Assembly (NCBI RefSeq): GCF_009914755.1
Contig: NC_060947.1
From: the human T2T-CHM13v2.0 reference genome, Homo sapiens
Reading direction: 5' to 3' (one strand)
Length of the DNA: 64,000 bases
Every line of letters begins with the position of its first letter. The first letter of the stretch is position 1. Under the pieces are notes generated by a model, which made no database searches, was not told where the DNA came from, and was given only the letters and a program-made list of their open reading frames with translations. Below, piece after piece: positions 11,770 to 25,440 of this stretch. A program made the translations under genes and the position numbers.

Positions 11770-11907
11770 TTATCATTAGATTCTAACATCTTGGAGGGCA
11801 GGGACTGTTTCTGTCAAATTCATTGTTATATCTCCAATTCTTTGCACAGTGTCTGATACATATTAATATTTTTGAATAAATAAATGAATGCATGAGTGAA
11901 TGGATGT
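11770..11907 (+). mobile_element. L2 3' end
   Basis: 'ttggagggcagggactgt...gcacagtgtctgatacata...tgaataaataaatgaatg'. Confidence 0.75.
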
Positions 11908-11987
11908 CATAATGTAGGCATCAATAATTTATTATGGCAACAATTTATTAATGTAAATGAATGACTATATATAAAATTATTTATATA

Positions 11988-12366
11988 GAATGTGACCTTA
12001 TTTGAAATAGGGTTTTGGATATGTAATTAGTTTAGGATTTCAAAATGAGACCATCCTAGGTTTAGGGTGGGATCTACATTCAAGAACAGGTGCTCTTATA
12101 AGAGAAAAGACAGGGACACTCGAGACATGGACACACAGAGGGAAAGACCATGTGAAGTTGGAGACAGATCAGAGTTATGCTACTGCTAACCAAGGGACTA
12201 CTAGAACCACCAGAGGCTGGAATAGGCAAAGAAGTATTAACCCTCACAGACTTCAAAGGGAGTGCAGCCCACTTATCACCTCCAGAACTGTAAGATAATA
12301 AATTTCTGTGGTTGTAAGTCACTCATTTGTGGTAATTTGTTATGGCAGGCCTAGCAAACTAATACA
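11988..12366 (+). mobile_element. MaLR LTR (MLT1B/C-like)
   Basis: 'aatgtgaccttatttgaaatagg...cctccagaactgtaagataataaatttctg...aaactaataca'. Confidence 0.85.
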
Positions 12367-12480
12367 AATATATAATATTACTTATTTAATTTTATATATA
12401 TATATATATATATAAAATCAGTGATGGAAAAGTGAGGAACAGACTAAAAAATACCAAAAGACACAATAAGAATTAAGGAG

Positions 12481-12787
12481 GGCTGGCCAGGTGTGGTGGT
12501 GTACTCCTGTAATCCCAGCACTTTGGGAGGCTGAGGCAGGAGGATTGCTTGAGCTCAAGAGTTTGAGACCAGCTTGGGCAACACAGGGACACTCCGTCTC
12601 CACAAAAATCATAGAAAAAATTTTTAAAAAGCTGGGCATGGTGGTGCTTGCCTGTAGTCCCAGCTCCTCGAGAGGCTGTGGTGGGAGGATCGCTTGAGCC
12701 TGGGAGGTCGAGGCTACACTGAGCATTGACTGCACCACTGAACTCCAGCCTGAGTGATAGACAAAGACCCTATCTCAAAGAAACAAA
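12481..12787 (+). mobile_element. AluJ-like SINE
   Basis: J-type 'aggattgcttgagc' and 'gaggtcgaggct'. TSD core ATTAAGGAG at 12472-12480 / 12789-12797. Confidence 0.92.
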
Positions 12788-12889
12788 TATTAAGGAGAAT
12801 ACTTATTGTCAGTGGACCCCGATTAGTGATTGAAGATTAAAAAGAGTCTGTAGCAAGGGAAAATATCTTATACATTCAGAAGAGAGAAG

Positions 12890-14030
12890 TTATTGATATA
12901 TTGGATTTGGAGGGGGGGAGGAAATAAGTAACAGAAATAAAATAAACATGAGTCCCAGGTATCCCACACAAACAATTTGTTGACAGATGATTTTGTTAAC
13001 AGAAATGAAGACTACAAGAGGAATCATGGATTTGGCAGATATGCACTTCAGAAGGTTTAATCTTTAGGTTAAATTTGGAAATCAAATTATTATATGCAGT
13101 ATTTCAAGCCAGGAAAGCATATGTGAGAGTGTGTACAGTGAGAAGAAAGGAAAGCTGAGGATATAAAAGTAGGAACTGGTGATTTTCCGTGAAATTATAG
13201 AACATAAATCATTAAGAAAAATAGAAAAATAGTTATGTTAACAGTAAAATGGAAAGTAGGATTGAGTCCTATAAAGAAAATCAAGAGATGAATGGGTTTT
13301 GAAGACAGTAGAAGGATAAAAGTTTTCCAGTTCAGCATCATGCCAAATAGGATACAAAAGGCCGACAAAAATTTATCAAATTTTTTAGAATCTGTGTGTG
13401 GTGGCTCATGCCTGTCAGTCAGCACTTTGAGAGGCCAAGGCAGGGTAATCATGTGAGGCAAAGAGTTTGGGACCAGCTGGTTAGCAGAGCAAGGCCCAAT
13501 CTCTATTAAAAAAATGGAAATAAAACATTTATCAATTAGAAGTTTGTTATGGTGAATAGTTTCTATAGAGTTTACTGATTAAAAGTCAGTGTAGCATTCA
13601 ATGAAACTTTGAAAATGTAAAAAGTGTAGAAGAATGTTTTCAAAATGTGGCTATATTTGGCAAAGGCAGAAACAGTGGAGGGTAGAGGAAGTAGATGCTT
13701 AGAGAGGGCTTTTTATTTTATTTAGTCGATTGGAATTTGCACATGTTCAAAGTGTGAAGGAAAACAGCAAATGGAGGGAGTTTAAGCAAAAGGAAGAATG
13801 ATAATTGGCAGAGCAAAGCCAATAAGAAAGCAGCAGGTTATGGAACTGGAATTTTAAAAGTGCAGGTGGCAAGAATAGCATTATAGAGATGCAGGGAAAT
13901 GCATCTCTCCTAAGATAGTAAGAGGGGATAGTTAGATTTGAAGACGAGGTAGTTACAAGTTAAAGGATTTCTCTCCTGATTACCTGTTTTTCTTATAGTG
14001 TGGGAAGCATGAAATGATTTCCTAGGAACT
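12890..14030 (-). mobile_element. Degenerate L2 internal segments
   Basis: Purine-rich antisense L2-like tracts. Boundaries approximate. Confidence 0.45.
13393..13513 (+). mobile_element. Alu left monomer / FLAM
   Basis: Single monomer 'gtggtggctcatgcctgt...agcactttgagaggccaaggcag...tctctattaaaaaaa'. Confidence 0.8.
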
Positions 14031-14934
14031 GGGCAGAGTATCTGTCCTCACTTATGATTCTAGAAAAGATATGTTGACTTTAATGGATATTTTCTTCTAG
14101 CTACCCATCACATAACTTATTCCAACCATTCCGACACCCAGTCTCAGTCACTTTGTTTTGTTTCATTTTATGCCCAAAGACACCATATTGTACATTATAC
14201 CTCCCACTATTACCCTGCCTTTTAAAACAATAAATTGTTAGTAAAATATAAAAAACAACAACTAGCCAGCTTAGTTCTTCAATAGAGAAGTTTACTTTGA
14301 TTTCATCTGATCTCTTCAGAGTGTTCACTTGAACTCATTGCCATACATAAGTACGTGCTGATGAAGTCAAATAAAAAATACTAATTGAAGGCCTGCTGAG
14401 TAATACAAAATGTGATAAATTATTTGAGAAATATAAACATAAGAAATATTTCTGTTCTTAACCTTATATAATTTATAAGTATTTTAAAGTACCTCAGATA
14501 CAAAACATCCATGATTTGGGATACTATACTTCTTAGTGGAAGAAACTGCTGATTTCCTATTCATTTTTAATATGATATGTGGCATACTAGATGACCGACA
14601 AGTTTTTTTATATGTGTGCAAGGGAGGGCCACATACATATTTGGGTAAAATAATTAGCAATTCTTCTGTAACATAGAAAAGAGACATTTTGACACAAAGA
14701 CAAAAATTATTAAGAAATTTTTACTCTCTTTGAGGTGATTGAGAATGATGGATAATGTTGAGGCAATTAAATCTTTGCATCACAAATGATGTGGATGAGT
14801 CACTAAATTTAACGTGTAATAAATCTGATATGTTTGTGAAATTATATTAAAACATGCATCTTTTCATATACATTTTCAAACTGGATATTAAGAGCTATTT
14901 TAGGTAAAATATATGCAGGAGAAGATGTTTGTAT

Positions 14935-15657
14935 TTTATTTTGATTGAGATACAAATTACATAGGAATCACTGCTTTAAAGTATACAATTCAGTGGTTTT
15001 TAGTACATTAACAAAGTTGTGCAAACATCACCACTATATAATCCAGACGTTTTACATCACCCTAAATGAAACCCCATTCCTCTTAGCGGTCACTGTCCAA
15101 TCCCAGTCCCTGCATCCTCAAACACTCACTAAACTTCATTCAGTCTTCATGGATTTGCTTATTCTGGACATATAAAATAAATAGAATCAGACAATATGTA
15201 GCCTTTTATGACTAGATTTTTTCAGTTAGAATAATGTTTTCAAAGTTCATACGTGTTACAGCATGTAAGAATGTTTTTTCATGGCTGAATAACATTCAAT
15301 TGAATGGATTTGTAACATTGTGTTTATTAATTCACCAGTTAATGAATATTTGGATTATTTCTATTTTTTTGGATATTAGGTATTATGCTGCTATGATTAT
15401 TAATGTACAGCATTTTGTGAGGACATATGTTTTCACATCTTTTGGGTATGTACCTATGAATGAAGTTGATGGGTGGTCATATGCTAATTACAAGTTTAAC
15501 ATTTTGAAGAAGTGCCAATCTTTTTGCTTATGTGTTGCCCGATTTTACATTCTCACCAGAAATATTTTGTGTTGCCAATTTATCCACATCATTGCCAACA
15601 CTCGTTATTTTATATTATTATTACTATTACCATTCAAGTGGTTATAAAGTGGTATTT
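14935..15657 (-). mobile_element. L1MB-like 3' end
   Basis: 'aagtatacaattcagtggtttttagtaca...atggatttgcttattctggaca' L1MB 3'UTR motifs. Confidence 0.8.
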
Positions 15658-16694
15658 TGGCAGAGCAGCCACTCAGATACACACAGAGACCCAGGAGTTT
15701 TACATACTCTGGCCGCATGATCCCTGGAAAGGTGGGAAATCTGTCCGTAAACATCCCTAGGAAAGGGGCTGAATCCAGGGAGCCAAGCAGCCTCATTCTG
15801 TGAGCCCCACTTCCACAGCACCTCATAAGTTAAGACCCACTGGCTTGGAATTCGAGCCAGCCAATGGCAACACACTGAAATCTGCCCGAGACGGGTCTGA
15901 GTTCCCAGGAGGGGAGGGGCAGACACCATCTCTGCAGTTTGGTAGACTCAGCTGTTTTAGCCTGCTGACTTTGGAGAATACAAACAATCTGGATGAAGAA
16001 GGTTCCCCCACAACACCTGGCTTGCCAGATAATGGCCAGACTGCTTCTTTAAGCGGGACCCCTATCCTTTCCTCCTTACTGGGTGGGACCTCCCTGCAGG
16101 GGCTTCAGCCACTCCAGCCAGAGTTCTACAGATAGAGCTCTGATCTCTCCCTGGGAGAGAGCTCCTGGGGGAGGGGTAACTACCATCTTGGTGATTTGGT
16201 TGACTCATCTGCTCCACCCTGATAGCTTTGGAGAATATAGGTGGTCCAGATGAGGAAGTCATGCCTTCCCACCAATGCAGCATACCTGCTATATCAAAAA
16301 ACAGCCAGACTGCTTATTTAAGCAGGACACTGTTCATGCTGACTGGGTGAGAACCCCCCAGTAGGGGTCTCCAGCCACCTCCTACAGGTGCATTTGAGCA
16401 AGCAACAGGTCACTACCACCCTGGGACAAAGCATCCAGAGGAAGGAGCTGGCTGCCATATTTACTGCTTCATAGCCGTTACTGGTGATACCTCCAGGAAT
16501 GGGAAAAAACTGAGGCAACTAGAGTCTGCAGTGGCCCCCCAGCAAAATGCAGCAGCCCTAAGGTAGAGTGGTCAGACTGTTAAAAGAAAAATAAACAAGT
16601 AGAAAACAACAACAACATCAACAAAAAAGACCCCACACAAACCTCATTCAAAGGTCAGCAACCTCAAAGATCAAAGGTAGGTAAGTCCACAAAG

Positions 16695-17705
16695 ATGAGA
16701 AAGAATCAATGCAAAAACACTGAAAACTCAAAAAGCCAGAGTGTCTCTTCTCCAGATGACTACAACACATCTCCCACAAGGGCACAGAACTGGACTGAGG
16801 AAGAGATGGCTGAAGTGAAAGAAGGTGGGTAATAACAAAGTTCACTGAGCTAAAGGATCATGCAACCCAATGAAATGAAGCTAAGTATCATGACAAAATG
16901 ATATAGGAGCTGACAGCCACAATAGCCAATTTAGAGAGGAACTTAAGTGACCTGGATCTGAGAAACATAACACAAGAAATTTACAATGCAATCACAAGTA
17001 TCAATAGCCAAATAGACTAACCAGAGAAAAGAATCTCAGAGCTTGAAGACTATCTTTCTGAAATAAGACAGGTAGACAAGAATAGAGAAAAAAGAATGAA
17101 AAAAAAAATGAACAAAATCTCTGAGAAATATGGGATTATGTAAAGAGACTGAACCTATGGCTGATTGATGTACCTCAAAGAGATGGGGCCAATGGTACCA
17201 AGATGGAAAACATACTTCAGGATATCATCCAGGAGAACTTCCCCAATCTCACAAGACAGGCCAACATTCAAATTCAGGAAATGCAGAGAACCCCAGTAAG
17301 ATAATCTACATGAATATCAACCCCAAGACATAACCTTCAGATTCTCCAAGGTCAAAATGAAATAGAAAATGTTAAGGGCAGCCAGAGAAAAAGGCCAGGT
17401 CACCTACAAAGGAACCTCTCAAATTAACAGCAAACATCTCAATGGAAACCTTACAAGTGAGAAGAGATTGGGGGGCAATATTGAACATGCTTAAAGAAAA
17501 TAATTTCCAACCCAGAATTTTATATCTGGCCAAACTAAGCTTCATAAGCAAAGGAGAAATACAATCCTTTTCAGACAAGCAAATGTTGAGGGAATTAGTC
17601 ATCAGCAGGCATGCGTTGCAAGAGCTCCTGAAGGAATCACAACATAAGGAAAGGAAAAAGTGTTACCAGCCACTAAAAAAAACACTGATGTACATAGACC
17701 AGTGA
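16695..17705 (+). pseudogene. Disrupted L1 ORF1 (RNA-binding protein)
   Basis: Fragment ETLQVRRDWGAILNMLKENNFQPRILYLAKLSF matches the ORF1p C-terminal domain. Frameshifts and stops are present. Confidence 0.85.
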
Positions 17706-17751
17706 CACTATGAAGCAACCAAATAAACAAGCAAAATAACCAGCAGGCATC

Positions 17752-20700
17752 ATGATGACAGGATCAAACTTATACATAACAATATTAACCTTAAATGTAA
17801 ATGTAAATGAACTCAATGGTCCAATTAAAAGACACAGAACGGCAAGCTGGATAAAGAGCCAAGACCCATCAGTATGCTGTCTTCAAGAGCCCTATCTCAA
17901 GTACAAAGACACACATAGGCTCAAAATAAAGGGATGAAGAAAAACTTACTGAGCAAAGGGAAATCAGAAAAAAGCAGAGGGTGCAATTCCAGTTTCTGTC
18001 AAAACAGACTTTCAACCAAAAACGATCAAAAGATCAAAAAAGACAAAGCAGGGCATTACATAATGATAAAGGGTTCAATTCAACAAGAAGAGCTAATTAT
18101 CCTAAATATATATGCACCCAATACATAAGCACCCAGATTCATAAAGCAAGCTCATAGAGACCTACAAATAGATAAAGAGACTACAAAGAGACTCTCACAC
18201 AATAGTAGGAGACTTTAACATCCACTGACAATATTAGACAGATCATTGAGACAAACAATTAACAAAGATATTCAGGCCCTGAACTCAGCTCTGGATAAAG
18301 TGAACCTGATAGGTATCTACAGAACTCTCCACCCAAAAACAACAGAGTATACATTCTTCTCATCACCATATGACACTTAGTCTAAAATTGATCACATAAT
18401 CAGAAGTAAAACATTCCTCAGCAAATGCAAAAGAACTGAAATCATAACAGTCTCTCAGATCACAGTGCAATCAAGTTAGAATTCAAGATTAAGAAATTCA
18501 CTAAAAACCACACAATTACATGGAAATTGCACAACCCACACCTGAATGACTTTTGGGTAAATAATAAAATTAAGGCAGAAATCAACAAGCTATTTGAAGC
18601 TAATGAGAACAAACTGACAATGTTCCAGAATCTCTGGGATGCAGCTAAAGCAGTGTTAAGAGGGAAATTTATAGCTCTAAATGCCCCACTAGAAAGAATT
18701 CAAGTTAACAACCTAACATCTCAACTAAATGAACTAGAGAACCCAGAGCAATCAAACACCAAAGACAGCAGAAGACAAAAAATAACTAAGCTCAGAGCTT
18801 AACTGAAAGAGTTAGAGACACAAAAAACTCTTTAAAAATCAATGAATCCAGGAGCTGGTTTTTGGAAGAAAATCAGCAAAATTGATAGACCACTTGCTAG
18901 ACTAATAAAGAAGAAAAGAGAGAAGAATGAAATAAATACAATCAGAAATGATAAGAGGCATATCACCACTAACCACACGGAAAAACAAACAACCATCAGA
19001 GAATACTATAAACACCTCTATGCACATAAACAAGAAAATGTAGAAGAAATGAATACATTCCTGGACACATTCACCCTCCTGGGGCTGAACCAGAAAAAAA
19101 AAAATAGAATCCCCCAATAGACCAATAATGAGTTCCGAAATTGAGGCCACCTACCAACCAAAAAAAGCCCAGAACAAAATGGATTCACAGCTAAATTTTA
19201 CCAGAGTTACAAATAAAAGCTGGTACCATTTCTACTGAAACTATTTCAAAAAAATGAAAAGGAAGAACTCCTCTCTAACTCATTCTATGAGGTCAGCATC
19301 ATCCTGATACCAAAACCTGGCAGAGACACAACAAAAAAAGAAAACTTCAGGCCAATATCTCTGATGAACATCAATGTAAACGTTCTTAATAAAATACTAG
19401 CAAACCGAATCCAGAAGCACTTCAAAATTTTACCCACCATGATCCAGTTGGCTTCATCCCTGTGATGCAAAGTTGGTTCAACTTATGCAAATCAACAAGT
19501 GTGATTAATCACATAAACAGAACTAAAGACAAAAGCCACTTGATTATCTCAATAGATGCAGAAAAGGCCTTCATAAAATTCAACATCCCTTCATGTTAAA
19601 GGCTCTCAATAAACTAGGTATTGAAGAAGCATACCTTAATATAATAAGAGTCATCTATCACAAATCTACAGCCAATATCATACTCAGTGGGCAAAAGCTG
19701 GAAGCATTTCCCTTGAAATCCAGCACGAGACAAAGATGTCCTCTCTGTCCACTCCTATTCAACATAGTATTGGAAGTTCTGGCCAGGACAATCAGGCAAG
19801 AGAAAGAAATAAAGGGTATTCAAATAAAAATGGAAAAAGTCAATTTGTCTCTGTTTGCAGATGACATGCTCCTATATCTAGAAAATCCTGTCATCACAGC
19901 CCAACGACTACTTAACCTGATAAGCAACTTCAGCAAAGTCTCAAGACACAAAATCAATGTGCTAAATCATAAGCATTCCTATACACCAACAACAGACAAG
20001 CAGAGAGCCAAATCATGAATGAACTCCCATTCATAATTGCTACAAAGATAATAAAATACCTAGGAATACAGCTAACAAGGTAAATGAAGGATGTCTTCAA
20101 GGAGACCTACAAACGACTGTTTCAGGAAATCATAGATGACATAAATGGAAAAAAAAAATTTCCATGCTCATGGATAGAAAGAATCGATATTGTGCAAATG
20201 GTCATATGGCCCAAAGTAATTTAAAGGTTCTATGCTATTCCCATTAAACTACCATTGACATTCTTCATAAATTAGAAAAGAACTATTTTAAAATTTTTAT
20301 GGATCCAAGAAAGAGCCCAAATAGCCAATACAATCCTAAGTAAAAAGAACAAAGCTGGAGGCATCGCACTACCTGACTTCAAACTCTACTACAAGGCTAC
20401 GCTAACCAAAACAGCATGGTGCTGGTACAAAAACAGACACGTAGACCAATGGAACAGAATAGAGAACTCTTAAATTAGACAGCACACTTACAAACCATCT
20501 ATTTTCGACAAACCTGACAAAAACAAGCAATGGGGAAAGAACTCCCTATTAAATAAATGGTGCTGGGAAAGCTGGCTAACCATATGCAGAAAATTGAAAC
20601 TGGACTCCTTCCTTATACCATATACAAAAATTAATTCAGTACGGATTGAGGACTTAAATGTAAAAACCCAAACTATAAAAACCCTGGAAGAAAATCTAGG

Positions 20701-21575
20701 CAATACCTTACAGGCCATAGGCATGAGCAAATATTTCATGATGGAAACACCAAAAGCAATTGTGAGAAAAACAAAAGCTTTGACATGGGGGAACTAATTA
20801 AGCTAAGGAGCTTCTGCAAAACAAGAGAAAGTATCATCAGAGTGAACAGACAACCAACAGAGTGGGAGAAAATTTTTGCAATTTATCCATCTGACAAAGA
20901 TCGACTATCCTGTCTACAAGGAATTTAAACAAATATACAAGAAAAACAAACAACCTCACTAAAAGTGAGCAAACGATATTAATAGACACTTCTCAAAGAC
21001 AAACATGTGGTCAAAAAATATGGAAAAAGAGCTTAACATCACTGACTATTAGAGAAATGCAAATTAAAACCACAATTAGATGCTCTGCCACTCCAGTCAG
21101 AATGGCTATTATCAAAAAGTCAGAAAACAACAGACACTGGTGACATTGCAGAGAAAAAAGAACACTTTTACACTGTTGGTACGAGTGTAAATTAGTTCAA
21201 CTATTGTGGAAGATGGTGTGGTGATTCCTCAAAGACCTAGAGGCAGAAATACCATTCAACCCAACAATCTAATTAATGGGCATATACTCAAAGGAATATA
21301 AAGTATTCTATTATAAAGATATATGCATATGTATGTTCACTGAAGCACTATTCACAATAGTGAGACAGGAAATCAACCTAAATGCCCATCAATGATAGAC
21401 TGGATAAAGAAAATATGGTATATATACACCATGGAAAACTATGCAGCCATAAAAAGAAATGAGATCACGTCCTTTGCAGGGACATGGATGGAGTTGGAAG
21501 CCAATAACCTCAGCAAACTAATACAGGAACAGGAAACCAAACACCTCATGTTCTTACATGTAAGTGGGAGCTTAA
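17752..21575 (+). pseudogene. Disrupted L1 ORF2 (endonuclease / reverse transcriptase)
   Basis: MTGSNLYITILTLNVN (EN start), [28 protein letters not shown] (RT motif), WYIYTME...AAIK. Broken into many short frames. Confidence 0.9.
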
Positions 21576-21818
21576 TAATGAGAACTCATTGGCACGTGGT
21601 AGGAAACAACACACACTGGGGCCTGATGGATTGGGACTGTGGGGAGAGCAAGATCATCAGGGAGAAAAGCTAATACATGCTGGGCTTAATACTTAGGTGA
21701 TGTGATGATCTGTGCAGCAAACCACCAGGACACACATTTACCTATGTAACAAACCTGTACCTCCTTCACATGTACCCCTGAACTTAAAACAAAAATTTAA
21801 AAAAAAGAAAAAAGAAAA

Positions 21819-22250
21819 GCTTTCTACCCTTGTTAAACTCCAAGCTATGTCAAATAGGATGCAAGTAAGGTCTTCCATGGAAACATCACACAGGTTAAAT
21901 AATGTACATTCCTTGGTAATGAGGCTCTGAAAGAGCTCCAAATATGTTCTGCTCTTTCTAGTGACTTCATAGCTGCTAGTTTTCATGGGAATTGTTGACT
22001 GTTGCTTCTTACGTTTACTAAGAATCTAAAGGGGGATGGCAATAGGGCAAGTTTAAATGCTATAAAGTTTTCTGTTCTTACTGAGATTTATCTGTTTTTC
22101 TTAAATACACTCTCCTGATTGCTGCAAAATCTTAGTCAATCTCTGGATTTCTGAAAAAGTTGTTTCTGAAAAATTTTGCCAGTTTTCCATTGTTCTTAGG
22201 AAGAAGATAATTTGATAAGGCCTTTACTTGATCATTTTTGCTGACATTAT
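21819..22250 (-). mobile_element. Ancient L1M 5'-region fragment
   Basis: 'ttcttactgagatttatctgtttttcttaaata...gaaaaagttg...aattttgccagt' resembles the antisense L1M 5'UTR. Confidence 0.5.
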
Positions 22251-23335
22251 TCTATGCTAGTTTTATCTCTACATTTGTGTTTGATTATATTTTTCACCAT
22301 TTACAGTGAGTCCCAATTTTTACTTTTATTTTTATTATTACTTACGTAATATGGTGCTAAGTAATATGGCCAAAGATTTTTAAGGTCCAAGTCTCTTCTC
22401 TTGGAAAAGATTTGGAATATAAACATCCCTTTAGTTTACTTCAGCAGTGACCCTGCTCCTCTTTAGATCTTCATTAGGTATATATGTCAAAATCAATCTT
22501 TAAAATTGCTTTATATGTAAAACTTCTGAAAGTTGCTTGATTGTATATAGCAGCAGTTGAGTGGCATTTTAGCTATTGTTCTTAAGTATATCAATGAAAT
22601 CCTCACAATAGTTTTTCTTTTGAACAAAACCCAATTTTGTCCATTCTCTCTAAAAGAATTCCATCACTGGATAAAAGAATTACTAAGATCACTAGCGGAG
22701 CAAAATCACAGAGTAACTATGACAAGAAATAATATAAAATGCCCTATGTCAACATCGTAGAAAAAAGCAAGTTAAAATTACTTACATTTTTAACATAGCT
22801 GTTTATTTTTTATTAAACGGCACTTCTATAGTGAATAATAAATAGGTTTTCCTATATATTTTGGTCTTTTAAGAAACAGAAATAAGTAAGTTAATCAATA
22901 TAATGGAGCTAAAATTAAGGTAAATAATTGATTTTATTTGTGTGTAAATAATTTATAGAAGGCTTTTGTTTCCTTGTATTTCTTTTCCATGTCTCTTTTA
23001 TTTTTCTCTTTAGTTACAAACACTAGGGAGTGAATTACTGGGTAGAATGTGTAAATATAGCATTCCAATGACATCCTAAAGTCAAATATAATTGAATTCG
23101 GATTAACTGTTACTCTACAATACTATGTAATTTACCTCCCATTGAAATATTTGTACATTGTGTGTATGGAAACAAAAACATAATTTCAAAAACAACATTT
23201 TATTGTTAAATTTTATTTTAATACTTAATATTACTCAGCTAGCTTTAAAATCATAGATATTTATTCAAGTAATAAACTCTTGAGATGAAATCTACATATT
23301 TTTAGCCCTGTCTCCATTGGTCAATGCTTACATTA

Positions 23336-23388
23336 TTTTGCCATTAAGAGTAATGGCGAAAAGCACAATTACTTTTGCACCAACCTAA
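23336..23388. mobile_element. MADE1 (Hsmar1 MITE) lacking most of the left TIR
   Basis: 'ttttgccattaagagtaatggcgaaaagcacaattacttttgcaccaacctaa' followed by TA. Confidence 0.85.
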
Positions 23389-23689
23389 TATCTTCAACAT
23401 TTTCTCTGGGGATCTCTCTTGTCTGCTTTAATATAAATGTGATTTCCCCTAAAGATACCACTTCTCTGGTATTCTTGTCAAATGATGGATATTTATTATT
23501 TCACATGCCACATGTTTTGGAGTTAGGAGTTAGTGTCCTATTTCCTCCACTTTAAAATGATTATTATTATTATCATATCCTCTTGTTTAAAAAAACTGAA
23601 GCGAAAGGCACACAAAACTGAGGATGTGTCCTACTTAAAAGTCTAGGTTTATGCTATAGTCTTTTTTTTCTTTTTATGTACTTATATGC

Positions 23690-25440
23690 TTTTCTTTTTT
23701 CCATTTTTATCTTAGAATCAGAGGGTACATGTGCAGATTTCTTACAAAGGTATATTGTTTGATGCTAAGGTTGGGAGTATGAATGAATCAATCACCTAGG
23801 TAGTGAACATACCAAATAGGTATTTTTTTAACCCTTATCACCCTTTCTCTCTTAACTCTCCTATTCCCCAATGTCTATTGTTCACATTTTTATAACCATG
23901 TGTACCCAATGTTTAGCTCCCACTTATAAATGAGAACATGTGATATTTGGTTTTCCATTTCTGCATTAGTTTGCTTAGGTTAATGGTTTTAAGCTGCATT
24001 CATGTTGCTGTGAAGAGCAGGAGTTCATTATTTTTTATGACTGTGTAGTGTTTCATTGTGTATATGTACTATATTTTGTTCATCTAGTCCAAAATTGATG
24101 GGCATCTGGGTTGACTACATGTCTTTGGTTTTGTGAATAGCACTGCAATGAACATATGTGTATATGTGTCTTTTTGGTAGAATAGTTTATTTTCCTTTGA
24201 GTATATACCCAGCAATGGGATTGCTGGGTTGATTGGTAGTTCAACTCCCTGTTCTTTGAGAAATCTCCAAACTGCTCTCCACAGTGGCTGAACTAATTTA
24301 CATTCCCACCAACAGGGTATAAGTGTTCCCTTTCTTCCACAGTCTCACCAACATTTTTCTTTTTTTGACTTTTTAATAATCACCTTTCTGACTGATATGA
24401 GAAGGTACCTCATTGTAGTTTTGACATGCATTTCTTTGACGATGTGTGATAATGAGCATTTTTTCATGTTTTTGTCATACCATGTGTATGTCTTTTGAGA
24501 AGTGTCTATTAATGTCATTTGCCCACTTTTAATGAGGTTGTTTTTTGCTCTTTGATTTGCTTAAGTTCCACATAGAATCTGGATAATAGACCTGTGTTGG
24601 ATGGATGAATATTTTGCAAATATTTTCTCTCATTTTGTAGGTTCTTTATTCATTCCCTTGATAGTTTCTCTCGCTATGCAGAAGCTCCTTAGTTTAATTA
24701 AGTCCAATTTGTCAACTTTTGTTATCGTTGCAATTGCTTTTGAGGACTCAGCCATAAATTATTTGCCAAGGTTCATATTGAGCAGAGCATTTGCTAGATT
24801 TTCTTCAGGATTGTTATAGTTTGAAGACTTACATTTCAGTCTTTAATTGACCTTGAGTTAATTTTCATATATAGTGTTAGTTATGGGTCAAGTTTCACTT
24901 TTCTGCATATGGCAAGCAAGTTATTCCAGTGCTATTTATTGAATAGGAAGTCTTTTCTCCATTGTTTTTGTTGTCTTTGTTAAAGATCAAATGGCTGTAG
25001 GTGTGCTGCTTTATTTATGCATTCTCTATTCTGTTCCATTGGTCTATGTGTCTGTCTGCCTTGTAGCATATTTTCAAGTTGAGTAATGTGATGCTTCTGG
25101 CTTTGTTCTTTTGGCTTAGGATTGCTATGTTTATTTGGGCTCTTTTTTGGTTCTATATGAATTTTAGAATTTTTTTTAATTCTGTGAAAAATGATATTGG
25201 TAGTTTGATAGGAATAGTGTTGAATCTGTTCATTGCTTTGGGAAGTACGGCCATTTCAATGATGTTGATTCTTCCAATCCATGACAATGGAATGTTTTTC
25301 CATCATTTGTGTCATCTTTGACTTTGTTCAGCAGTGTTTTCTCCTTGTAGTGATTCTTCAACTTTTTGGTTTGCTGTAGCCCTAGGTATCTTATTCTTTT
25401 TGTGGCTGTAGTAAATGGGATCACTTTCTTGCTTTGGCTC
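23690..25440 (-). mobile_element. 5'-truncated L1 (L1PA15-17/L1PB-like)
   Basis: Antisense 3'UTR 'gggtacatgtgcagatt...gatgctaaggttggg...cacctaggtagtgaacata' continuing into ORF2 (IPFTTATKRIRYLG). Confidence 0.88.

Larger units (their letters stand above)
15658..21818 (+). mobile_element. Near-full-length decayed LINE-1 (L1PA11-13-like)
   Basis: Partial 5'UTR, ORF1 and ORF2 remnants, 3'UTR 'gggcttaatacttaggtgatg' and poly(A) at about 21798-21818. Confidence 0.93.

Noticed and set aside
15658-21818. Potentially active LINE-1
   Set aside because: ORF1 and ORF2 are fragmented by many stops and frameshifts, and the 5' end is missing.
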